This document shows positions 1 through 6,559 of a stretch of 11,963 nucleotides of DNA, in pieces. The notes beneath the pieces are model-generated. The model searched no databases. It was given only the letters and a program-made list of their open reading frames with translations, and was not told the DNA's origin. How positions within the stretch are numbered: the first letter of the stretch is position 1; every line of letters starts with the position of its first letter. Source of the stretch: Simkaniaceae bacterium (GTDB lineage Bacteria; Chlamydiota; Chlamydiia; Chlamydiales; Simkaniaceae). Made by a program: the position numbers and the translations under genes. The stretch covers positions 1-11,963 of the forward strand of contig JBFWSA010000050.1 in the NCBI GenBank assembly GCA_050248615.1. Reading direction: 5' to 3'.

Positions 1-112
1 CAGTACGCACTTTATGGAGGCTGAGTTCCATTTGATGCTTTTCGCTTTTGGAAGAGCCAATGGAAGCGCAACCGGTTAAGAGAATTAAAGGAAAGATCAG
101 GAGTTTTTTCAT
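1..112 (-). CDS. Lipoprotein, N-terminal fragment (runs off left edge); by chlamydial synteny probably the LysM-domain protein that follows pal
   Basis: Not in the ORF track. Manual translation from ATG at 112 gives MKKLLIFPLILLTGCASIGSSKSEKHQMELSLHKVRT..., open to position 1, with a basic N-terminus, hydrophobic core and LTGC lipobox. ATGA overlap with the pal stop (109-112). LysM identity is inferred from position only. Confidence 0.8.
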   Translation of the reverse strand, partial: MKKLLIFPLILLTGCASIGSSKSEKHQMELSLHKVRT

Positions 113-795
113 TTAGTTCCTTTTTTTTCAAAGATCTTAAATTCGACACGACGGTTTTTTGCCCAAGCTTCGGGTGTATGCCCTAAATCATCGGGCATTT
201 CTTTCCCAAAGGAAATAGTGTAGATGTGGTTGGGATTGACCCCACGCTTAATAAGTAAATTCCGTATGGTGTTTGCGCGGCGTGTCCCAAGAGCGAGATT
301 ATAGGCTTCTGAAGCTCTTTCATCACAGTGACCTGATACAAAAACATAGAGGTTGGGGTTTTTCTTCATGTGTTCTGCGATGTTTGCGACTACTTGGTAA
401 TACTCTTTAGAGCGGAGGACGTGTTCATCTGTATTGAAATGGATGTTTTTAAAGAGGGTTGCGAGATGGGAGGTTGGCTTTACAAAATGCTCGATGCTGG
501 GGATTGTACTTCCAATACCTCCTGGGATCTCTTTAGGTTGGGGGATGCTTAAATCGGCAAACTGCGTTTTAAGATCTTCATCTCTGAGGGGAAGGTATTC
601 CTCTTCTTGAGGTCCTGTAAAGTCCTCTTCAGAGTCGATCATACGAGAATCGACATCTTGTTTCCATAAAAGCTGACTTTTTCGATGGATATAGCGTCCC
701 ATGGTTTTAGTGTCTTCCCAAACGGTATTTGAGGAATTTTGGCAACCTGAGAGTAAAAGGGCTGTACCGATAAGCATCCAACTGTATTTTTTCAT
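109..795 (-). CDS. pal: Peptidoglycan-associated lipoprotein Pal (OmpA-like C-terminal domain), 228 aa
   Basis: C-terminal OmpA_C motifs (IHFNTDEH; GHCDERASEAYNLALGTRRA; ISFGKEMP; WAKNRRVEF). Start moved from 852 to ATG 795 because MKKYSWMLIGTALLLSGC is a lipoprotein signal and GAGG lies 5 nt upstream. Directly downstream of tolB. Confidence 0.95.
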   Translation of the reverse strand: MKKYSWMLIGTALLLSGCQNSSNTVWEDTKTMGRYIHRKSQLLWKQDVDSRMIDSEEDFTGPQEEEYLPLRDEDLKTQFADLSIPQPKEIPGGIGSTIPSIEHFVKPTSHLATLFKNIHFNTDEHVLRSKEYYQVVANIAEHMKKNPNLYVFVSGHCDERASEAYNLALGTRRANTIRNLLIKRGVNPNHIYTISFGKEMPDDLGHTPEAWAKNRRVEFKIFEKKGTK

Positions 796-808
796 GTGAT
801 CCTCACAT

Positions 809-2107
809 TTAATTCGGCTCCCACGCCGGATAATGTTTTTTTCCAGACCCACTGGTAATTTGTAATGGTTCTTTTTGTTTCAAATTAATTAAAAATAATT
901 CAGAAGAAGAAGGATCCACTGTATTATATATTATATGTAAACTATCGGGAGCCCAACTGGGATTTTCTTTATGGCTTTTCCCGGTAGTGATGGGAATTTC
1001 TTCTTGCGTTAGAAAATCATATACCACGATCTGCCTACTGCCGTCAATCATAGCACTATACGCTAATTTAGTTCCATCAGGAGACCAATTGGGACAGGTA
1101 TTTTGGCTGTACTTTTTTGTAATGCATAAGGGATGGGGGCGGGAGTTTTTACCAGGAGAAGGAGTATCGATTAAGTAAATGCGGGGAGTCCCATCCTTGT
1201 CAGAAACAAAAGCGATTTTTTTCCCATCTGGACGAAAAGTAGGAGAGGCTTGGACGGAGCGTGGATAAGAAAAAGCTTGAATAGGTTTGCCCATCAAACC
1301 ATGATGACGACTAAAAGGCTGGACAAAGAGGTCTGCACGCCCACTTGCATCAGAAATAAAGGCGATCATGTCACACTTTTTTGAAATAGCGGGAAGGAGC
1401 TGATTCCCTCTAAGTGAGACAAAGGGTTCTCCTTTCGTGCGATCGAAAGATCCTAGATAGATTCTGGGTTGCCCCAGTTTGTAATTGACATAAAGAAACT
1501 TGTTTTTTGTAAATTCCCCTTCAGCGGGGAAAAAAACAGGGGTAATGCAATAGCTTTTTTCTTGAGTCACTTGCCTTGTATTGCATCCATCATAGTCGGA
1601 TTCCCAAATTTCGGACTTCCAGACAATCCCTTCGCTTGTTTGTTCAGGAAATTGTACTGCATACAAAATCCGTGTGCTAGCAACTCCGTTTACCCCTGTT
1701 ATGATTTCAGTTATCCCGTCACTGAATTGGTGAATGGAGCGACGATCGGAAGAGAGAGTTCCGGAAAGGGGCTTCAGAGGAAGGGTTTTTTTGTGACCAT
1801 TTCTTTTGGAGGTAATAGAGAGAAGGAGCTCTTTTTCGATGAGCTCGATTTGTACAGTGTAGTCAGCATTTTCTAATGAGGTTTCAACAAAACAACTCCC
1901 ATTTCTGTTCAAGTCGTCTTTTAAAACCTGTTGCAAGCTTTCGAGATAAGATAGAGGAAACTCTGAGCTGTGAGTAGAGAGAGGGGAGAGGTAAACAGAG
2001 GTAAGGTAGTGGCGTGTGGGAAGAGAAACCACGAGCTCTTTTTCTTCTATCGAAGCAAAGATTGGGAGGAGAGTCAGGAAAAAGAAAAAAAATCTAGTAT
2101 AACCCAA
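809..2107 (-). CDS. tolB: Tol-Pal system beta-propeller protein TolB
   Basis: Repeated PD40-like blades (SPTFRPDGKKIAFVSDKDG, PNWSPDGTKLAY, NPSWAPDSLHIIY, YPAWEP), the TRILY and IWESDYDGCN motifs, and a hydrophobic signal peptide. Start is probably TTG 2107 (GAGG 5 nt upstream); the ORF track uses TTG 2128. Confidence 0.93.
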   Translation of the reverse strand: MGYTRFFFFFLTLLPIFASIEEKELVVSLPTRHYLTSVYLSPLSTHSSEFPLSYLESLQQVLKDDLNRNGSCFVETSLENADYTVQIELIEKELLLSITSKRNGHKKTLPLKPLSGTLSSDRRSIHQFSDGITEIITGVNGVASTRILYAVQFPEQTSEGIVWKSEIWESDYDGCNTRQVTQEKSYCITPVFFPAEGEFTKNKFLYVNYKLGQPRIYLGSFDRTKGEPFVSLRGNQLLPAISKKCDMIAFISDASGRADLFVQPFSRHHGLMGKPIQAFSYPRSVQASPTFRPDGKKIAFVSDKDGTPRIYLIDTPSPGKNSRPHPLCITKKYSQNTCPNWSPDGTKLAYSAMIDGSRQIVVYDFLTQEEIPITTGKSHKENPSWAPDSLHIIYNTVDPSSSELFLINLKQKEPLQITSGSGKKHYPAWEPN

Positions 2108-2121
2108 AATGTCCTCTACTA

Positions 2122-2159
2122 AATCCAAGTTGTTTGAGTATATTCCAGCAACTTGGATT
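2122..2159. repeat. Perfect 11-bp inverted repeat (AATCCAAGTTG-N16-CAACTTGGATT) between the tolA-like gene and tolB
   Basis: Arms at 2122-2132 and 2149-2159 are exact reverse complements. Confidence 0.8.
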
Positions 2160-2781
2160 AAGATTTTTCATTGCAAAAAGTGAGTACAAATGTATGTTTT
2201 CGCTCTTTTTTTAATTCTTCAGTAAAGGGAGGAAGAAGCAAGAATAAAAGCTGCTGTTCGAGATAGTGTCTATTTTTTTCACTTTCAGAGTGCACGATTC
2301 TCACTTTTTCTACTTTGCCAGTATTTAATAGCGTTAACTCTAACTTTACCTTACCGAACTCAGGGAGTTCAAGAGCTTCTTTCAAGGAAGAGGCAAGAAT
2401 CACAAAATAATCGGCCTCTTCTTGTTTTTGTTCTGCTCGATCGATTTGGAGCGTCTCAATCGGCTTGGGTAGGGTGAGGGGAGCTTGTTGCTTGATCTCT
2501 TCTTGTCGAGACTCGATTTTTGCCAGGGTTTCTCCCAATTCTTTTAGAACTTTTTGTCTTTGAGAGGTTGAAGGTTTATGGATTACCGGTTTGACTTTTT
2601 GGTGCTGCGGTTTTTGAGTAGGTCTTGGAGGAGGAGGAGGAGGAGTTGGAGGGGGAATATAGGTATTAACGATAAGAGATTTTTTGGGAGGAGGGGGGCT
2701 GGGTTTAGAAAAGTTGAAAAAAAATAAAGCGAGATGAGCGACGACTACAGAGAGAATTAAGATTCCAAGGCGACGACTCAT
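2158..2781 (-). CDS. TolA/TonB-like energy transducer (single N-terminal TM helix, proline-rich linker, C-terminal alpha/beta domain), 207 aa
   Basis: TM segment with S-x4-H (LSVVVAHLAL), similar to the Ser/His motif of TolA/TonB anchors; poly-Pro linker; C-terminal GKVKLELTLLNTGKVEKVRIVHSES resembles a TonB_C/TolA-III fold. Lies between tolR and tolB. Confidence 0.75.
   Translation of the reverse strand: MSRRLGILILSVVVAHLALFFFNFSKPSPPPPKKSLIVNTYIPPPTPPPPPPRPTQKPQHQKVKPVIHKPSTSQRQKVLKELGETLAKIESRQEEIKQQAPLTLPKPIETLQIDRAEQKQEEADYFVILASSLKEALELPEFGKVKLELTLLNTGKVEKVRIVHSESEKNRHYLEQQLLFLLLPPFTEELKKERKHTFVLTFCNEKS
2627..2644. repeat. (GGA)6 trinucleotide tandem repeat encoding the poly-proline tract of the TolA-like protein
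   Basis: ggaggaggaggaggagga read directly at 2627-2644; encodes the PPPPPP run on the minus strand. Confidence 0.85.
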
Positions 2782-2783
2782 GA

Positions 2784-3212
2784 CTAACTCGATTTAAGAA
2801 TGACATCTAAGGATTCAAATCCTGCCGATTCAACGGCATTTTTTACAGACTGATAGGTTCCAAAATAGGCAGATTTATCATGGTAAAGTTGGGGAGAGGT
2901 ATAAGGGGAGACTTGATGAGCTTGTTTGAGGAGCTTGGTGAGATTTTCGAGCTCGATGGGAGAGCCGTTTATCCAAATGGTATTGTCAGCATAGACATGA
3001 ATTTTGATGGGGGCATTTTGTTGCAAAGAGACCATATCGGGTTTTTTTGCAGCTGCTGCAGGAGCCAGTTGAATACGGTCAAGATCTACAAGAGGGGCCA
3101 CTAAGATAAACATGATGAGAACGACAAAGACCACATCGATAAGAGGTGTTAGATTGACATCATCATCATCAGATTGTGAGTCTTGCTCTAAAGGAAAGAT
3201 CCATCGATTCAT
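2784..3212 (-). CDS. exbD: ExbD/TolR biopolymer transport protein
   Basis: VNLTPLIDVVFVVLIMFIL TM motif with the conserved Asp; C-terminal DKSAYFG...AVESAGFESL. Overlaps the exbB stop by 1 nt (TAATG). Functionally TolR given the operon context. Confidence 0.93.
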   Translation of the reverse strand: MNRWIFPLEQDSQSDDDDVNLTPLIDVVFVVLIMFILVAPLVDLDRIQLAPAAAAKKPDMVSLQQNAPIKIHVYADNTIWINGSPIELENLTKLLKQAHQVSPYTSPQLYHDKSAYFGTYQSVKNAVESAGFESLDVILKSS

Positions 3213-3907
3213 TAAATATCAACCTTGCGGTATTGGAGTTCTATGGTTGAGAGAAGAAAGTGACTAAAGTCACACATGTCAGTTGTAAAGCGCCTGCTTA
3301 AGTTTTTAAGGTAGTTGAATGCAATGAGTGCTGGAATGGCTATAAGGAGTCCTAAGACTGTTGTTGTTAGGGCTGTTGCCAATCCTCCTAGAATGATACT
3401 ATTTGAGGAGACAGAGTGTCCAGCTTGCATTTCTCCAAAAGAGACGAGTATTCCCCAAACAGTTCCCAAAAGGCCTAAAAAAGGGGCGAGTGTTTTTGTG
3501 GTAGAAAGAATGAAAAGATTCTTTTCAATTCTTTCTTTTTGTTTGGAAATCGCTGTTTGCAGGTGAGCGCTTAAGAATTCGATATCGTTATGCGACAGGT
3601 AATTTTTGTGGGTTCCTGTTTCAGAAGAAAAGAAGTGGTTTTTATCTAAAATTTGAACGGTTTTTTCTTTTAGAGATAAGTAGAGATGACCAAAAGGGGA
3701 GCGGCAATGTGTTGAAAGGTTAAGGATAGCGTCCTTGTGCTTTTCTGCGATCTTTTTAAACTGCTTGGCATCTCTCTGGATTTTTTTTATCATAAAGTAT
3801 TTTTGTATGAGAAAAACCCAACAAATACATGAAAGGATAAAAAGGGCAAAAAAGATTAACTTCCCAAAAAAATCTGCCTGTGCAAAGGCATCAAAAAATG
3901 TTCCCAT
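3212..3907 (-). CDS. exbB: MotA/TolQ/ExbB proton channel family protein
   Basis: APFLGLLGTVWGI and ALTTTVLGLLIAIPA family motifs; three hydrophobic segments. Functionally TolQ given the operon context. Confidence 0.94.
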   Translation of the reverse strand: MGTFFDAFAQADFFGKLIFFALFILSCICWVFLIQKYFMIKKIQRDAKQFKKIAEKHKDAILNLSTHCRSPFGHLYLSLKEKTVQILDKNHFFSSETGTHKNYLSHNDIEFLSAHLQTAISKQKERIEKNLFILSTTKTLAPFLGLLGTVWGILVSFGEMQAGHSVSSNSIILGGLATALTTTVLGLLIAIPALIAFNYLKNLSRRFTTDMCDFSHFLLSTIELQYRKVDI

Positions 3908-3971
3908 GCTTATTCCTGCTTGGCTCTACCCCACTAAATCGATGAGTGGATAGGGTCTTTAATTTAGAAAT

Positions 3972-4000
3972 GTGATAAGCTAGAAAAAGCTATTTGTCAA
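3972..4000 (-). promoter_or_regulatory. Putative sigma70/sigma66 promoter for the tol-pal operon
   Basis: Minus strand reads TTGACA (4000-3995), 17-nt spacer, TATCAC (3977-3972): a perfect -35 and 4/6 -10, about 65 nt upstream of the exbB ATG. Confidence 0.6.
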
Positions 4001-4008
4001 GGAAAGTC

Positions 4009-4776
4009 ATGTTTTTAGATACCCATGCCCATTTAACTTGTGATCCTGTGTTTGAAGAACTGGATGCTATCTTAAAGCGGGCTCGAAATGAAAAAGTAGA
4101 TGCAATCATTAATATTTGTACGGATAAAATGACTTTGGAAAGAGGGATTGAACTCGCTGAAAGATGTCAGTGGGTCTATAATGTAGGGGCAACCACCCCC
4201 CATGATGTGGAAAAGGAGGGTGGCCTCTATTTTCCCCTCTTTGAGAAAGTGGCTTTAGAAGGAAAACTTGTTGCTATTGGAGAGACAGGGTTAGATTATT
4301 ACTACGCACACTCTCCCAAAAAGTTGCAGCAGGAATTTTTAGCTCGGTATTTTTCTCTAGCGCTTAAATGCAGGTTGCCTGTTGTGATTCACTGCCGAGA
4401 TGCCTTTAAGGATTTATTTGAGATTGCTGAAAAAGAATTTCCCAAAGGTAAAGCCGTTTTACATTGTTTTACGGGAACTTTAGAAGAGGCGGAAAAAGGG
4501 GTAGAGAAAGGTTGGCTCATTTCCTTTAGTGGAATTGTTACATTTAAGAAGCCGGAAGCCTTACGCGGTGTTATTAAGGAAATTCCCCTTAATCATATTG
4601 TCATTGAGACCGATACACCCTATCTTGCTCCCCAGTCCCGTCGTGGGAAACCTAATGAGCCCAGTTTTATTCGTGAGACGGCTCAGACTATTGCAAATGT
4701 CAAAGGGATTTCTCTTGAAGAAGTTGCAAAGATTACCCAGAAAAATGCTAGAGATTTTTTTCAGCTAGCTCCATAA
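4009..4776 (+). CDS. tatD: TatD family metal-dependent deoxyribonuclease/hydrolase, 255 aa
   Basis: DTHAHL, AIGETGLDY, PVVIHCRDA, LHCFTG and ETDTPYLAP motifs. Start is probably ATG 4009 (AAGGA at 3999-4003) rather than TTG 3994. Confidence 0.95.
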   Translation: MFLDTHAHLTCDPVFEELDAILKRARNEKVDAIINICTDKMTLERGIELAERCQWVYNVGATTPHDVEKEGGLYFPLFEKVALEGKLVAIGETGLDYYYAHSPKKLQQEFLARYFSLALKCRLPVVIHCRDAFKDLFEIAEKEFPKGKAVLHCFTGTLEEAEKGVEKGWLISFSGIVTFKKPEALRGVIKEIPLNHIVIETDTPYLAPQSRRGKPNEPSFIRETAQTIANVKGISLEEVAKITQKNARDFFQLAP

Positions 4777-5110
4777 CCCCATCCAGATGGGCATCGTGAA
4801 TCACTGCAAAAACGGTGAGGGCCCCTAAAGCGCAAAATCGCCCTTTAAAGGTCATTGTTTCTAATTGTTTTGCAATATAAGGGATGAGGATCAACTGCCC
4901 CACTCTCCAGTTTTTCACAATGCACGCAATCTCTTTGAGTTCTTTGTATTTCCCCTCAGCGTGAAGTTGATTTTTTTTGACTTCTAAAAAGAGGTTACAG
5001 ATAACAGGGATTAATGCTAAAACCTTTACGGAAAAATCTTCAGGTTCAACAGCTTGAAATAGTTCTCTTGCTTTATCAATGGGGTTAATCATGGGCACAG
5101 TATATGTCAT
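4748..5110 (-). CDS. Hypothetical protein, 120 aa, with short hydrophobic segments
   Basis: ATGA overlap with the upstream 306-aa gene (5107-5110) suggests translational coupling; it fills the gap up to tatD. No recognisable domain. Overlaps the tatD 3' end by 29 nt. Confidence 0.6.
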   Translation of the reverse strand: MTYTVPMINPIDKARELFQAVEPEDFSVKVLALIPVICNLFLEVKKNQLHAEGKYKELKEIACIVKNWRVGQLILIPYIAKQLETMTFKGRFCALGALTVFAVIHDAHLDGVMELAEKNL

Positions 5111-6027
5111 TTACTATTTATATATTGATATAAAGTGACTTCGAGAAAATTTTTATTTCGGTATTGTCTAACAATATGAAGCGTTTCTTGGTAGAACTGT
5201 TTTTCGAGATTTAGGGTTTCCTCTAGATCGAAATTTGCGATGAAACCTGGTAAACGTAAACCTAATGCATTCACAGAGGGAAGGAACTGTCCATTTCGGG
5301 GAAAGAAGCTTAGCTTTTTCCTTAGATAAAAAATTTCTTGGGCGATGTGGGAAAAATTGCTGGAGGGAATTTTACTCCGTTTTTTTAGAGTGAACATATG
5401 GGGAGTGTAGAATTTATCATCAATTTCTGAACGACGCTGAAATAGGAACGCATTTTCTTTTCCATATCCCAGTAAAAGTCCTAAAAGAGCATGATGATCT
5501 TTTAAAACAGCATAAAAGTTTTCTTTTTCATTTTGAAATCTCTGAATGAGTTTTTCTGCTGTGATATCCCTTCCAAGGATTTCTTGAAAGGTTTCGACAT
5601 TCTCATTGAACACTTGAGTGAACCTATTTTTGTTGATGAAAACAATCAAGTGATAGTTTTTTGAAAAATTAAATTTCGAGTCAAAAACAAGGAAATTATT
5701 CTCTGGGAAAAGGTGGCGGTATTGATTCCAAGCTTTCCATCCTTTTTGGATAAGGTTATTTGTATAACTGCATGTTTCAAGGATAAATCCAATGGGATCT
5801 AAGACTTCATGGCTGAAATGGAAATCATTGAGTTCCCAAAACCCTCCTAAAGATAGGGGTTTTTCCCCGAATAAGGTGAATCCACAGCTCTCCTGAATGG
5901 TAATATGTCTAAAAAAAGTTTCGATGTATTTCTGTTCCATAGGGGGAATCTCCTTAAGAACTTTAGAGACATCAAAGGATGCAAACAAAGCAAAAGGGAA
6001 AAAAATAATACTAATGATCCACTTCAT
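5107..6027 (-). CDS. Hypothetical exported protein, 306 aa
   Basis: Long ORF in AT-rich DNA; Sec-type signal peptide (MKWIISIIFFPFALFA); motif-like blocks FTLFGEKP, GWKAW...FP and LLGLLLGYGKENA. No function assignable. Confidence 0.85.
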   Translation of the reverse strand: MKWIISIIFFPFALFASFDVSKVLKEIPPMEQKYIETFFRHITIQESCGFTLFGEKPLSLGGFWELNDFHFSHEVLDPIGFILETCSYTNNLIQKGWKAWNQYRHLFPENNFLVFDSKFNFSKNYHLIVFINKNRFTQVFNENVETFQEILGRDITAEKLIQRFQNEKENFYAVLKDHHALLGLLLGYGKENAFLFQRRSEIDDKFYTPHMFTLKKRSKIPSSNFSHIAQEIFYLRKKLSFFPRNGQFLPSVNALGLRLPGFIANFDLEETLNLEKQFYQETLHIVRQYRNKNFLEVTLYQYINSK

Positions 6028-6081
6028 TTTCTCTATTCTTGCTCATCCGCTGAAATATTTTTTTACTATCCATTTTCAGGC

Positions 6082-6423
6082 TCAATAAAATCGAGGTCTT
6101 TCGGCTCCGCAATGGCTGCAAGTAAAGCTGTGAGGTCCATTGGGCTGGCCACACACAGGACAGATCCAGGTGGTATTATCTGGGTAAATGGTATCAAAAA
6201 AAAGTCCTCGACCATCAAATTGGATGCCACGTGTTTGGTACCAAACCCCTTTCAGTAAAATGAAGATCCCATCGTCGGAAACGTGAATCTGTTCCGACAA
6301 AATATACGTTTTTTCGCAAGGGACAAAACTGGATACATAATCTTCATCTTCTTGATTAGCAAAAATAATAATAGTGCTTAGAAATAGGCATGAAATCAGT
6401 AGAAAGTGTGTAATTCTTTTCAT
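6082..6423 (-). CDS. Small exported protein with a C-terminal RanBP2-type zinc finger, 113 aa
   Basis: Signal peptide MKRITHFLLISCLFLSTIIIFA; C-terminal WICPVCGQPNGPHSFTCSHCGAERP fits W-x-C-x2-C-x3-N-x6-C-x2-C; AAGGA upstream of the ATG. Confidence 0.8.
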   Translation of the reverse strand: MKRITHFLLISCLFLSTIIIFANQEDEDYVSSFVPCEKTYILSEQIHVSDDGIFILLKGVWYQTRGIQFDGRGLFFDTIYPDNTTWICPVCGQPNGPHSFTCSHCGAERPRFY

Positions 6424-6559
6424 GTTTTAACTGTTCCTTTTTTAAAAGTTGAGTCAATAGCGAAGATAGTCGAATTCAAACAAGGAAAAAAGTCATTTTT
6501 TTCTTTTTCAAATTTCTCTTTATGGGTTTAATGACGAAATGACGTATTGAGAGTTGGGT

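Noticed and set aside
796..852. 19-aa N-terminal extension of Pal in the ORF track
   Set aside because: It overlaps the tolB 3' end and would bury the lipoprotein signal; ATG 795 has a good ribosome-binding site.
370..3953. Plus-strand ORFs 370-552, 987-1178, 1469-1876, 2880-3104, 3315-3566 and 3735-3953
   Set aside because: All are antisense shadows of well-supported tol-pal genes, with no recognisable motifs.
3926..3956. Imperfect stem-loop (CCACT...AGTGG) in the exbB leader
   Set aside because: Only 5 perfect base pairs plus a bulged extension; too weak to call a terminator or riboswitch without folding or covariation data.
6050..6079. CTGAAA...TTTCAG inverted repeat between the zinc-finger gene and the 306-aa gene
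   Set aside because: A 6-bp AT-rich stem with a long loop is likely to occur by chance.
4748..6520. Cassette as a mobile element or a defence system linked to TatD
   Set aside because: No transposase, integrase, terminal repeats or target duplication were seen, and tatD looks like the ordinary housekeeping copy in its usual context.
6424..6559. Divergent promoters or a small RNA in the intergenic region before sdhC
   Set aside because: Promoters probably exist here, but no convincing -35/-10 pair or stable structure could be identified by eye.
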